A stretch of 64,000 bases of DNA, taken from contig JABFXC010000054.1 in assembly GCA_013361935.1 (NCBI GenBank), positions 678-64,677 on the forward strand. The letters run 5' to 3'. Shown here piece by piece: positions 26,790 through 35,565 of the stretch (positions within the stretch are counted from its first letter, which is position 1; each line of letters begins with the position of its first letter). The stretch comes from Gemmatimonadaceae bacterium. GTDB taxonomy: Bacteria > Gemmatimonadota > Gemmatimonadetes > Gemmatimonadales > Gemmatimonadaceae. The notes under the pieces are model-generated. The model had not been told where the DNA came from. It saw only the letters and a program-made list of their open reading frames with translations, and did no database searches. Both the position numbers and the translations under genes were made by a program.

Positions 26790-27569
26790 TCAGGAAGCGA
26801 CCGGTGCCGGCTGGTCGGCGGTCGCGGCGTCGGTCTGCTGCTTGGCCACGCTGATCGGCGTCGTCACGAGGTTGAGAGCGGTCACGCGCGCGAGCACCGC
26901 GGCCGGCTCCATCTTCACGTCGAGCCCGCCGATGACGACGTCGTCGCCCGCGAAGGCCCTGCCCGTGGTGTCGCGCGCGTCGCGGATCGCGGCGGCATGG
27001 CGCGCCTCGACGGAGACGATCTTTCCGGCGACGAGCAGATTGCGCGCGTCCTTGAGCTGCTTGCCGGCGCCGTTGTAGGCGGCGACGCCGAGGTCCTCGA
27101 AGCTCTGGGCGTTCTTCAGGATCGTGGCACGGTCGGCGGTGAGCGCGGCGACCGTCGTCGTGTTGAGCGCGAGGGCCGGGATCGCGCTCGAGCCGAGCGC
27201 CGCCTTCAGGAACTCGCGGTGCACGACCTCGTGGTTGCGGATGTCGGTGAGGAGCTCGCGCTCGTTGGTGTCGGTGAAGAGCGTCGCGAAGTTTGCCGCG
27301 CCGACGACCGTGCTGTAGAACGCCGCCTCGAGCTGCTCGAGCGCGTAGGCGTAGTTGAAGATCCCGATGTCGGTGCTCAGGTCGAGCTGGGCGCCGCCGC
27401 CGTTAGGCTGGACGGGATTGTTGTCATCGCCGCTGCACGCGGCGAAGAGCGTCGGGGCGAGCGCGATCGTGCCGCCGACACCGAGCAGCCGGAGGAAGGA
27501 CCGGCGCGTCGACGAGCGCCAGAGATCTTCCGGGCTGTCGATGACGAGCGAGCTGCGGGGTTCGGACAT
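26790..27569 (-). CDS. Tat-signal lipoprotein, ferritin-like domain protein (paralogous partner)
   Basis: Starts MSEPRSSLV (GGAGG upstream). Tat motif TRRSFLRLLGVGG and lipobox LFAAC. Helices NYAYALEQLEAAFY, NHEVVHREFL, FEDLGVAAYNGAG and SVEARHAAAIR. Confidence 0.8.
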   Translation of the reverse strand: MSEPRSSLVIDSPEDLWRSSTRRSFLRLLGVGGTIALAPTLFAACSGDDNNPVQPNGGGAQLDLSTDIGIFNYAYALEQLEAAFYSTVVGAANFATLFTDTNERELLTDIRNHEVVHREFLKAALGSSAIPALALNTTTVAALTADRATILKNAQSFEDLGVAAYNGAGKQLKDARNLLVAGKIVSVEARHAAAIRDARDTTGRAFAGDDVVIGGLDVKMEPAAVLARVTALNLVTTPISVAKQQTDAATADQPAPVAS

Positions 27570-27761
27570 CAGGAGCCTCCATCGGGTGCCGGCCGCATGT
27601 GCTGCGCGCCCCGGCCGGATCGGGACGCGTGCTGACGTCGGCTCATCTGGCACTCGGTGTGGTGGGGCGTTACCGTGCTGCCACCCTCGACCATTCGCGC
27701 GACTGTCGCGCGAGCTCGCGCCTTCGAACCGGCGCGAGCAGGTCCGCATTATGCGGGCCAT

Positions 27762-27784
27762 TCTGTTCCGAATTACCGAACAGA
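27762..27784. promoter_or_regulatory. Candidate operator palindrome upstream of the GntR gene
   Basis: TCTGTTCCG-aatta-CCGAACAGA (8 of 9 positions complementary), located in the most AT-rich part of the divergent spacer about 55 nt upstream of the GntR ATG. Confidence 0.3.
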
Positions 27785-27838
27785 TGCGCTTCAGTCCGAT
27801 AAATTGAACACGTCCTCTGATCAGTTGATCGACCGCTC

Positions 27839-28804
27839 ATGGCAGAATCGACCGTCGAACCCGGCACGACCGTGAGCGATTCGCGCGAGCTCATCGCCGA
27901 CTCGATCCGCCGCCGCGTCCTCCGCGCCGTCCAGGCGGGAACGCTGCGGACCGGCGACCGGCTGCCGAGCGCGCGCGAGCTCGCCGGCGAGTTCGGCGTC
28001 GACTACCGGCTGGTCATCGCCGCGTACAAGGAGATCGCCGGCGAGGGGCTCGTCGAGCTCCGGCCGCGGGGCGGGGTCTACGTCGCCGCGCGCGCCGCGG
28101 GGACGCGTGGCATCCCGCCCCTGCCCGAAGGCTGGTTCGCGGACGTGCTGACACAGGCGCTCGCCCGCGAGATCCCGGTGACGGAGCTGCACGAGTGGCT
28201 GCGGCGCTCCACCGAGACGCTGCGCCTGCGCGCCGTGGTCGTGACCACCACCGCCGATCAGGTGCTCGGGCTCTGCCGCGAACTGCGCGACGACTTCGGC
28301 TTCGAGGCGGAGGGGCTCACCGTGGACGAGCTGCGCGCCGCGGCTTCACCGCCCATCGCGCTTCGCCGCGCCGATCTCGTGGTCACCACCGCCGCGCATG
28401 GTGATTGGCTGCGCACGATCGCCGCCGACCTGCGCAAGCGGCTGATCGTGATCGAGGTCCGGGCCGATCTGGTGATCGGAGAGTGGGCGCTCCTCCTCCG
28501 GCGCCCGGTGTATGCGGTGGTCGGGTCGGTGGAGTTCGGGGAGATGCTGCGGAAGTTCTTCGCGACGACGCCCGGCGTGGCGAACCTCCACGTCCTCGTG
28601 CTCGGGCGCGACGATCTTTCCGCGATCCCCGCCGACGCGCCGACCTACGTGACGCAGCAGGTCCGGCGCGACCTCGGCGGCGCGGTGATCCGCGGCCGCA
28701 TCCTTCCCGCGGCGCGCACCATCTCCAGCGAATCGGCGCGCGAGATCTTCGGCTTCATCGTCCGCCAGAACGTGGAGGCGATGTCGGGGCGGGAGGGACA
28801 TTGA
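27839..28804 (+). CDS. GntR-family transcriptional regulator with uncharacterised C-terminal domain
   Basis: N-terminal wHTH: IRRRVLRAVQAGTLRTGDRLPSARELAGEFGVDYRLVIAAYKEIAGEGLVELRPRGGVYV. Confidence 0.85.
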   Translation: MAESTVEPGTTVSDSRELIADSIRRRVLRAVQAGTLRTGDRLPSARELAGEFGVDYRLVIAAYKEIAGEGLVELRPRGGVYVAARAAGTRGIPPLPEGWFADVLTQALAREIPVTELHEWLRRSTETLRLRAVVVTTTADQVLGLCRELRDDFGFEAEGLTVDELRAAASPPIALRRADLVVTTAAHGDWLRTIAADLRKRLIVIEVRADLVIGEWALLLRRPVYAVVGSVEFGEMLRKFFATTPGVANLHVLVLGRDDLSAIPADAPTYVTQQVRRDLGGAVIRGRILPAARTISSESAREIFGFIVRQNVEAMSGREGH

Positions 28805-29363
28805 CCTCGCCCGCGGCTCGAAGGTCCCCGCGCTCGGCGAGCCAGCGGACGAAGAGCGGAGCGGCCATCTCGAGCACGGCCTGCTCGGCGCGCGGGAGCA
28901 GGCGCGGCCGCAGATCGAAGTGGCAGAGCGTTCCCCATGCGTGGCCGTCGTGCAGGCGCAGCGGCACCCCAGAGTACGAGATCACCGAGTCGCGCGCCGG
29001 ATGGGCGACGAGTCGCGCGTCGCGCGGCGCGTCGCGCGTCGCGAACGCCGCCTCGCGCGCGCAGGTGAGCGCGCAGTAGGTCTCGTCGAGCGGGCACACC
29101 GCGCCCGAGACATTGACCGCCGGGTTCTCGCGGTCGACGAGGAAGATGTTCCGCAGCAGCGGCGGTTCGGCCCGGTAGATCCCGGTGAAGCGGAAGCGCG
29201 TGCGCGCGTTCAGCAGCGCCAGCGCATCGCGTGGGCCGCGCTCTTCGAGCCGCGCCATCACCGCCGCGACGACGCTCGCCGGGGACTCGCCGCTCGACGC
29301 GTGCACCCGCGCGCGATCCAGGCGCGACTCGACGACGCGCTCGCTTTCCCTCTGCCGCTCCAT
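28755..29363 (-). CDS. GAF-like domain protein
   Basis: Last 202 codons of tracked ORF 28755..32042, from MERQRESERV. Contains FRFTGIYRAEPPLLRNIFLVDRENP and SYSGVPLRLHDGHAWGTLCHFD. Start uncertain. Overlaps the GntR 3' end by 50 nt. Confidence 0.6.
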   Translation of the reverse strand: MERQRESERVVESRLDRARVHASSGESPASVVAAVMARLEERGPRDALALLNARTRFRFTGIYRAEPPLLRNIFLVDRENPAVNVSGAVCPLDETYCALTCAREAAFATRDAPRDARLVAHPARDSVISYSGVPLRLHDGHAWGTLCHFDLRPRLLPRAEQAVLEMAAPLFVRWLAERGDLRAAGEVNVPPAPTSPPRSGGR

Positions 29364-29437
29364 CCTGCCTCCAACGGGGTGTGGAGGGGCCGGATTGCAC
29401 AGGCCACGCCACGCGCCTCGCGGCCGTCGGGAGCGGG

Positions 29438-30193
29438 CTACGGTGGAAGAATCGCCGGCCCCGCGTCGTGCCGCACGAACGCCTCCGCCGCCTCGCAGCC
29501 ATGCTCCATCCCGCGGAACCGGCCCATCCGCTCGTGCACGGGATACCACTCCTCGGGCTTCTGGCTCGCGTGCGCGAAGCAGGCGTCGCGCTTGCGTCGC
29601 GCGACGGCGGTGATGTCGACGTAGTCGGTGGGACGGAAGACCTCGGTCTGCTCGCCGGTGAGGACCTCGAAGTAGGCGAGCGGCACCTTTCGTCCCATGC
29701 GCATCCAGGCGTCGTACACGAGGAGCGACGCCGCGCGGTGATCGGGATGCGTATCGACGGGCCAGTGGGTGAAGATCAGGTCCGGCTTCTCGCGTTCCAT
29801 CACCTCGCGCATCGCCGCGTAGGCGTCGCGGTCGACGCGGGTGTCGCCGTCGACCTGGCCGAAGAAGACCGGCCGCGCGCCGAGGATCCGGCAGGCGCGC
29901 TCGGATTCCGCGGTGCGGATGCGCGCCGCGTCGGCGTGCGTGGCGCCCTCGATCCCGGCCTCGCCGCGCGTCAGGTAGAGCGCGACCACCTCGTGGCCGG
30001 CGTCGGCGTAGCGGGCCATGGCGCCGCCGCACCCGCTCTCCGGATCGTCGGGATGTCCCCCGGCGACGAGCACCTTCAGCCGCGCCCCGGACCGCGCGCC
30101 GCGCATCCCGATGCCCGACGGGGCGACGCCGAGCGCGGCGAGCCCGACCGGGGCGGCGAGGAGGCGGAGGGCGTCGCGGCGGGAGACGGGCAT
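29438..30193 (-). CDS. PIG-L/LmbE-family deacetylase with Tat-type signal
   Basis: VLVAGGHPDDPESGCGG and THWPVDTHPDHRA motifs. N-terminal SRRDALRLLAAPVGLAALG. Confidence 0.85.
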   Translation of the reverse strand: MPVSRRDALRLLAAPVGLAALGVAPSGIGMRGARSGARLKVLVAGGHPDDPESGCGGAMARYADAGHEVVALYLTRGEAGIEGATHADAARIRTAESERACRILGARPVFFGQVDGDTRVDRDAYAAMREVMEREKPDLIFTHWPVDTHPDHRAASLLVYDAWMRMGRKVPLAYFEVLTGEQTEVFRPTDYVDITAVARRKRDACFAHASQKPEEWYPVHERMGRFRGMEHGCEAAEAFVRHDAGPAILPP

Positions 30194-30199
30194 CGCTGC

Positions 30200-31978
30200 C
30201 TAACGTGTGGGGTGGTGGGCGCCGATGCTCGCCGCGGCGGGGAGCCAGAGGGTGAAGCAGGACCCCTTCCCCGGCGTGCTGCTCACGGTGACGTCGCCGC
30301 CCATCAGCCGCGCGAGCCGGCGGCTGATCGTCAGGCCCAGCCCCGTGCCGGGCTGCTCGCGCGTGTAGCGACCGTCGCCCTGCACGAAGGGCTCGAAGAT
30401 CTTCTCGCGCTGGGCTTCGGCGATCCCGATCCCCGTGTCCTCGACGTCGAAGGCGACCCACGGGCCGCCGCCGAAGAGATGCGCGCCGCGCGGACCCGCG
30501 GCGACGCCGTGCGCGCAGAGCGTCACGCGTCCGCCCGACGGTGTGAACTTCACCGCGTTGGCCAGCAGGTTCACGACGATCTGCCGCGCGCGCTGCTCGT
30601 CGCCACGGAAGCACAACTCGCCCTCGCCCGTCCAGTCGAGCGTCAGCGACAGCTCCTTCCGCGCCGCCTGCGGCGCGACGAGGGCGAGGGCCGCGTCGGC
30701 GACCGTGCGCGCGAGCACCGGCGCCGTCGCGACGACCATCTGACCCGCCTCCACCTTCGCGAGATCGAGCACCTCGCTCACCAGCGCGAGCAGGTGCTCG
30801 CTGCTGACCCGGATGCGGTGGAGCTGCGCCTGCTGCTCGCCGTTGAGCGGACCGGCGACCTCCATCTCGAGCAGCTGGGTGTAGCCGATCACCGCGTTGA
30901 TCGGGGTGCGGATCTCGTGGCTCATGTTGGCGAGGAACTGCGACTTGAGCCGGTTCGCCTCCTCGGCCTCGCCGCGCGCACGGAGCTGCGCCCGGGAGAG
31001 GAGGAAGAGGACGACGCTCACCGTGACGCCTCCGACGATCAGGGGGACGACGAGCGAGCGCACCGCCGACTCGAAGTTGTGCGTCGACTGGAAGACGATC
31101 GTCCACACCCGTCCCGCGACCTCGATGCGCCTGGTGTCGACGTACGCCGGCGAGCGCGCGCGATCGCCCGCCCTCCCCGACGCGTGCAGCAGCGCCGCCG
31201 AGTCGACGCGCCCCCCGTCGTAGACGGCGAAGTCCACCCGCGGACTGCGCTCGCTGCCGAAGATCCCGGCGAACAGATCGCCGGCGCGGAAGGGCGCGTA
31301 CACGAATCCCGCGAGCGCGGCACGCCGCGCGGCGACCGTCGGCGGCGTCTCCGCGCCGCGATACACCGGCACGTAGAGCAGAAAGCCCGGCTGCTTCCGC
31401 GCGTCGATCTCCTGGACGAGGGTGACGCGCCCGGTCGACGCGGGGCCGCCCTGATCGCGCGCCCGCTCCATCGCCGCGCGGCGCGTAGAATCGGTGAACA
31501 TGTCGTAGCCCAACGCGGCCTGGTTGCGGCGATCCTGCGGCTCGAGGTAGACGATGGTGTGGTATTCGGCGCGCGCCGAGTCGGGCCAGAGGTGGAAGGA
31601 GGCGGCGTCGTGCGCGCGCACCGCGGCCAGGAACCGCCGCAGCTCGGCGGCGGTCACTCGCCGGCTGAACCCGACGCCCTGGATGCCCGGATAGCGCTGG
31701 CCGACGTGCAGCCGGCCGACATATTCCCGGAAGTCGGCGCGCGTGACGGTGTCCGACGCGGCGAACAGTCCCGCCGCGCCGCGAAGGAGCGTGGTGTACG
31801 TGTCGAGTCGCCCGGTGATGCGGTCGCGCGTGCTCTCCACCGCGTTCGCGAAGCGCGCCCGGTCCCGCGCGCGCTGCGCCATCGCCATCAGCGACGCCGC
31901 GGCCGCCGTGAGCAGGAGCGACGCGGCGAGCACGGCGTACGGCAGGGTCGCGCGCGAGAGAGCGGGGAATCGTGACAC
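30200..31978 (-). CDS. Sensor histidine kinase with periplasmic CHASE1-like domain
   Basis: CHASE-like region YPGIQGVGFSRRV...YHTIVYLEP...ALGYDMFTD...FLLYVPVY. H-box FLANMSHEIRTPINAVIGY. N and G boxes LLANAVKFTP, DTGIGI and GTGLGL. Confidence 0.85.
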   Translation of the reverse strand: MSRFPALSRATLPYAVLAASLLLTAAAASLMAMAQRARDRARFANAVESTRDRITGRLDTYTTLLRGAAGLFAASDTVTRADFREYVGRLHVGQRYPGIQGVGFSRRVTAAELRRFLAAVRAHDAASFHLWPDSARAEYHTIVYLEPQDRRNQAALGYDMFTDSTRRAAMERARDQGGPASTGRVTLVQEIDARKQPGFLLYVPVYRGAETPPTVAARRAALAGFVYAPFRAGDLFAGIFGSERSPRVDFAVYDGGRVDSAALLHASGRAGDRARSPAYVDTRRIEVAGRVWTIVFQSTHNFESAVRSLVVPLIVGGVTVSVVLFLLSRAQLRARGEAEEANRLKSQFLANMSHEIRTPINAVIGYTQLLEMEVAGPLNGEQQAQLHRIRVSSEHLLALVSEVLDLAKVEAGQMVVATAPVLARTVADAALALVAPQAARKELSLTLDWTGEGELCFRGDEQRARQIVVNLLANAVKFTPSGGRVTLCAHGVAAGPRGAHLFGGGPWVAFDVEDTGIGIAEAQREKIFEPFVQGDGRYTREQPGTGLGLTISRRLARLMGGDVTVSSTPGKGSCFTLWLPAAASIGAHHPTR

Positions 31979-32100
31979 GGCCGGCGAACATATCCCATCC
32001 GGCTCGACTTCTCCACCCGCGTGAGGCGCCTTTGCCCTGCACCGCCGCGGCCGCTATGCTATGGCGCGCCCGACATCATCGTCCTCGATCCGTCCCCGCC

Positions 32101-33021
32101 ATGAAGATGCACGCCTCCCTCCCGCTCGCGGGAATCGTCCTCGCGCTCGCCGCCCAGGGCTGCGGCAACCAGCCTTCGCGCGGCGCCGAGTCCGCCGCCG
32201 CCGGCCCCGCGGTCACCGCACACGCGATCAGCTACTCCGGCGACTTCCGCGCGCCGCTCGGCGTCCAGCTCTGGACCTTCCGCGAGCTGGCGAAGACCGA
32301 TCCCGTCGCGATGATGCGCACCGTCAGGCGGCTGGGCTTCACGCACGTCGAGACGGCGGGGCTGTACGACATGCCCATCGAGAAGTTCGCGCAGGCGCTC
32401 AAGGACGCCGGGCTGCAGGCGACGTCGATGCACGTCGGCTACGAGGACCTGCGCGATCATCCGGAGACGGTGATCGCGAACGCGAAGGCGCTGGGCGCGA
32501 AGTGGGTGGGGCTCGCCTGGTATCCGCACGAAGGCGCCTTCACCGAGGCCGACGCGCGCCACGCGGTCGCCGACTTCAACAGGTTCGGCCGGACGATGAA
32601 GGACGCGGGGCTCTCCTTCTTCTACCACGACCACGGCTTCGAGCCGGTGCCTAACGGCGACGGGACGCTGCTCGACCTGATGATCCGCGAGACCGATCCG
32701 CAGCTCGTCCACTTCGAGATGGACGTGCTCTGGACCTGGCTGCCCGGCGTCGATCCGGTCGCGCTCATCAGGAAGTATCCGGGGCGCTTCCGGCTCATGC
32801 ACATCAAGGACATGAAGCCCGGCGTCCCGCGCGGCTCGCTCACCGGCGGGCTCCCCGACTCGCTCGAGGCGGCGATCGGCGAGGGACAGGTGCCCTGGCC
32901 CGCGCTCATGCAGGCGGCGCAGCAGGACGGCTTCGAGGAGTACTACATCGAGGATGAGACGCCGGCGCCACTGACCAACGTCCCGAAGAGCATCCGCTAC
33001 CTGGAGACGCTGCGCTACTAG
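32101..33021 (+). CDS. Sugar phosphate isomerase/epimerase (xylose isomerase-like TIM barrel), lipoprotein signal
   Basis: Starts MKMHASLPLAGIVLALAAQGCG (lipobox). Contains GFTHVETAGLY, WYPHE, FYHDHGFE, FEMDV and MHIKD. Confidence 0.8.
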   Translation: MKMHASLPLAGIVLALAAQGCGNQPSRGAESAAAGPAVTAHAISYSGDFRAPLGVQLWTFRELAKTDPVAMMRTVRRLGFTHVETAGLYDMPIEKFAQALKDAGLQATSMHVGYEDLRDHPETVIANAKALGAKWVGLAWYPHEGAFTEADARHAVADFNRFGRTMKDAGLSFFYHDHGFEPVPNGDGTLLDLMIRETDPQLVHFEMDVLWTWLPGVDPVALIRKYPGRFRLMHIKDMKPGVPRGSLTGGLPDSLEAAIGEGQVPWPALMQAAQQDGFEEYYIEDETPAPLTNVPKSIRYLETLRY

Positions 33022-33485
33022 AAGCCGACGTCGAGCGCCGGTAGCACGAGGGAGCGGAAGTAGTCGTTCGCCTCGCGCGCCGGCACCGGCGTCGGGCTTT
33101 CTTCCCACCACTCGAGCACCTGCACGAAGGTGGAGGCGAGGTGGCGCGCGAGAAGCTCGTCGGGAAGGGCGTCCTCCGCCGTCTTCTCGCGCGGGCGGAG
33201 CGCGCGCAGCTCGGCGAGCACGAGATCCGTCAGCAGTCCGAGCAGCCGGGCGCGCGCGGCGGGCCGGTCGTCGTCGCCGAGCGCGGGCAGCCCCTCGGCG
33301 CGATCGAGCTCCACCTGCTCGAGGATGCGCATGCCGAACTCGACGATGCGCTCCCGCGCCCGCGCCGCCGCCGCCGCGCGCGACTCGACGGCTCGCACGA
33401 GCACTTCCTTGATCGCGATCGCGTCATACGCGTCCGCGTACGCGTCGTCCATCGCACCCATGACCGGAGCGTAAGGCGGTCGCAT
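33018..33485 (-). CDS. Orphan TetR-family C-terminal (ligand/dimerisation) domain-like protein lacking an HTH
   Basis: 155 aa. ...LARHLASTFVQVLEWWEESPTPVPAREANDYFRSLVLPAL resembles TetR C-terminal domains. No N-terminal HTH is present in this or an adjacent frame. Confidence 0.4.
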   Translation of the reverse strand: MRPPYAPVMGAMDDAYADAYDAIAIKEVLVRAVESRAAAAARARERIVEFGMRILEQVELDRAEGLPALGDDDRPAARARLLGLLTDLVLAELRALRPREKTAEDALPDELLARHLASTFVQVLEWWEESPTPVPAREANDYFRSLVLPALDVGF

Positions 33486-33513
33486 CGCGGAGGCAAGCGC
33501 CTTTCAACCGCAG

Positions 33514-33729
33514 GCTCCTCCAACTGCAGGGGCTTTATTTGGTGACTGCAACCGCATCAAGGAGTGCCCGAGCCGAGGAGTTTGGGGAGGTCAGGAGCCA
33601 TGGCTCCTGGTAGTCCTCCCCGAACTCCCCGGCTCGGCGTACCAAAGCGTGGTTGCAGTTACCCCATTAAAGCCCAAGCTGTTGCCGAGCCATGTCGCCG
33701 AGCAATGTTGCCGAGCGATGTTGCCGAGC
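33514..33729 (+). repeat. Palindromic MITE-like or structured-RNA-like element, copy A
   Basis: Terminal arm GGGGCTTTATTTGGTGACTGCAACC (33529-33553) pairs with GGTTGCAGTTACCCCATTAAAGCCC (33651-33675). Apical hairpin ggggagg-tcaggagccatggctcctg-...-cctcccc. The 3' side carries four 13-nt units of nATGTTGCCGAGC. Shares its conserved flanks with copy B at 40962-41160. Confidence 0.8.
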
Positions 33730-33782
33730 CGCCGTGAGCGCGTAGGATTCCCCCGGGCACCGACTCACCTCCTCCCCTCGCG

Positions 33783-35546
33783 ATGCGGCTCACCTCACTC
33801 GACTGGATCATCGTCGTCGTCTCGATCGGGATCTCCTTTCTCCCTGCCGTGCTCCTCGCGCGGCGCGCCGGGTCGAGCACGGCGGAGTTCTTCACCTCGG
33901 GACGAGCGGCGCCGTGGTGGCTCATCGGCGTGTCGATGGTCGCGACGACGTTCAGCACCGACACCCCGAACCTCGTCACGAACCTCGTCCGCGAGCACGG
34001 CGTCGCCAACAACTGGGCGTGGTGGTCGTTCCTGCTCACGGGGATGGCGACGGTGTTCTTCTACGCGCGGATGTGGCGGCGATCGGGCGTGCTCACCGAC
34101 CTCGAGTTCTACGAGCTGCGCTACTCCGGACGCCCGGCGACCTTCGTCCGCGGCTTCCGCGCGCTCTACCTCGGCCTCTTCTTCAACCTCGTCATCATGG
34201 CGACGGTGAACCTCGCCGCCGCCAAGATCGCCAACGTCCTCCTCGGCTGGCCGATGGTGAAGACGCTGAGCATCTGCGCGCTGCTCAACGTCGCCTTCGC
34301 CGCGACGTCCGGGCTGTGGGGCGTGCTCGTCACCGACTTCATCCAGTTCGGGATCGCGATGACGGGCTCCTTCGCCGCGGCGTATTACGCGGTGCAGCGT
34401 CCCGAGGTCGGCGGGCTGCACGGGCTGATCACGCGCATCGATCCGAAGACGCTGGGATTCGTCCCCGACTTCGGCGACTGGGGACTGATGCTCGCCGTGC
34501 TCATCATCCCGCTCACCATCCAGTGGTGGTCGGTGTGGTACCCGGGCGCGGAGCCGGGGGGCGGGAGCTACATCGCCCAGCGCATGCTCGCCGCGAAGAG
34601 CGAGAACGACGCGCTCTCCGGGACGCTCTTCTTCAACGTCGCGCACTACGCGCTGCGGCCGTGGCCGTGGGTCATCGTCGCGCTCGCGTCGATGCTCGTC
34701 TTCCCGCAGCTGGCCGACATCCACCGCGCACTGCCGTACGTCGATCCCTCGCTGATCGGCCACGACATGGCGTACCCGGCGATGCTCACCTTCCTGCCGC
34801 ACGGCGTGCTCGGTCTCATGATCGCCGGGCTGCTCGCCGCGTACGTGTCGACGCTTTCGACGCACCTCAACTGGGGGACGTCGTATCTGGTGCACGACTT
34901 CTACCGGAGGTTCGTGCGGCCCGGGCGCGACGAGCGGCACTACGTGATGATCGGACGCATCATCACGGGACTGCTGATGGTCTTGGCCGCGCTGCTCACC
35001 TTCGTGCTCCAGTCGGCGCGGCAGAGCTTCGAGCTGATGCTCTCCATCGGCGCGGGGACGGGGCTGCTCTATCTGCTGCGCTGGTTCTGGTGGCGCGTGA
35101 GCGCGTGGAGCGAGATCGCGGCGATGGTGAGCTCCTTCCTCCTCGCGCTGCTCTTTTTCGCCCTCGCGAAGGGAGGCGCCACGATCCCCTCGCACATCAC
35201 GCTCATCATCTCCGTCGCCGCGACGACCGTCGTGTGGGTCGCCGTGGCGTACCTCGCTCCGCCGACCGACCGCGCGACGCTGCTCTCCTTCTACGAGAAG
35301 GTCCGCCCGCCCGGCCCGGGCTGGAGAGCGATCCGCTCGAGCTCGACGCTTCCTCCCTCTCCCGACAGCCTGCCGATGATGTTCCTCGGCTGGACGTTAG
35401 GCTGCGCTTTCGTGTACGCGGCGCTCTTCGGGGCGGGGAGCTTTCTGTATGGGAGGAACGCGCAAGGAGTCGTGTGGTCGGTGGTGTTCCTCGTGAGCGG
35501 AGTCGGGCTGCTGCGGCTGCTGCCGAGGATGTGGGCGCGGCGGTGA
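33783..35546 (+). CDS. Sodium:solute symporter family transporter
   Basis: 587 aa, about 13 TM helices. N-terminal LDWIIVVVSIGISFLP...EFFTSGRAAPWWLIGVSMVATTFSTDTP is typical of the SSF family. Confidence 0.85.
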   Translation: MRLTSLDWIIVVVSIGISFLPAVLLARRAGSSTAEFFTSGRAAPWWLIGVSMVATTFSTDTPNLVTNLVREHGVANNWAWWSFLLTGMATVFFYARMWRRSGVLTDLEFYELRYSGRPATFVRGFRALYLGLFFNLVIMATVNLAAAKIANVLLGWPMVKTLSICALLNVAFAATSGLWGVLVTDFIQFGIAMTGSFAAAYYAVQRPEVGGLHGLITRIDPKTLGFVPDFGDWGLMLAVLIIPLTIQWWSVWYPGAEPGGGSYIAQRMLAAKSENDALSGTLFFNVAHYALRPWPWVIVALASMLVFPQLADIHRALPYVDPSLIGHDMAYPAMLTFLPHGVLGLMIAGLLAAYVSTLSTHLNWGTSYLVHDFYRRFVRPGRDERHYVMIGRIITGLLMVLAALLTFVLQSARQSFELMLSIGAGTGLLYLLRWFWWRVSAWSEIAAMVSSFLLALLFFALAKGGATIPSHITLIISVAATTVVWVAVAYLAPPTDRATLLSFYEKVRPPGPGWRAIRSSSTLPPSPDSLPMMFLGWTLGCAFVYAALFGAGSFLYGRNAQGVVWSVVFLVSGVGLLRLLPRMWARR

Positions 35547-35565
35547 GCGGGTGGAGGCTCGACAT

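Noticed and set aside
28755-32042. A single 1095-aa minus-strand ORF spanning the GAF, PIG-L and kinase region.
   Set aside because: Only its last 202 codons look protein-like (the GAF-like gene). The rest is an out-of-frame shadow over the separately framed PIG-L (29438..30193) and CHASE kinase (30200..31978) genes.
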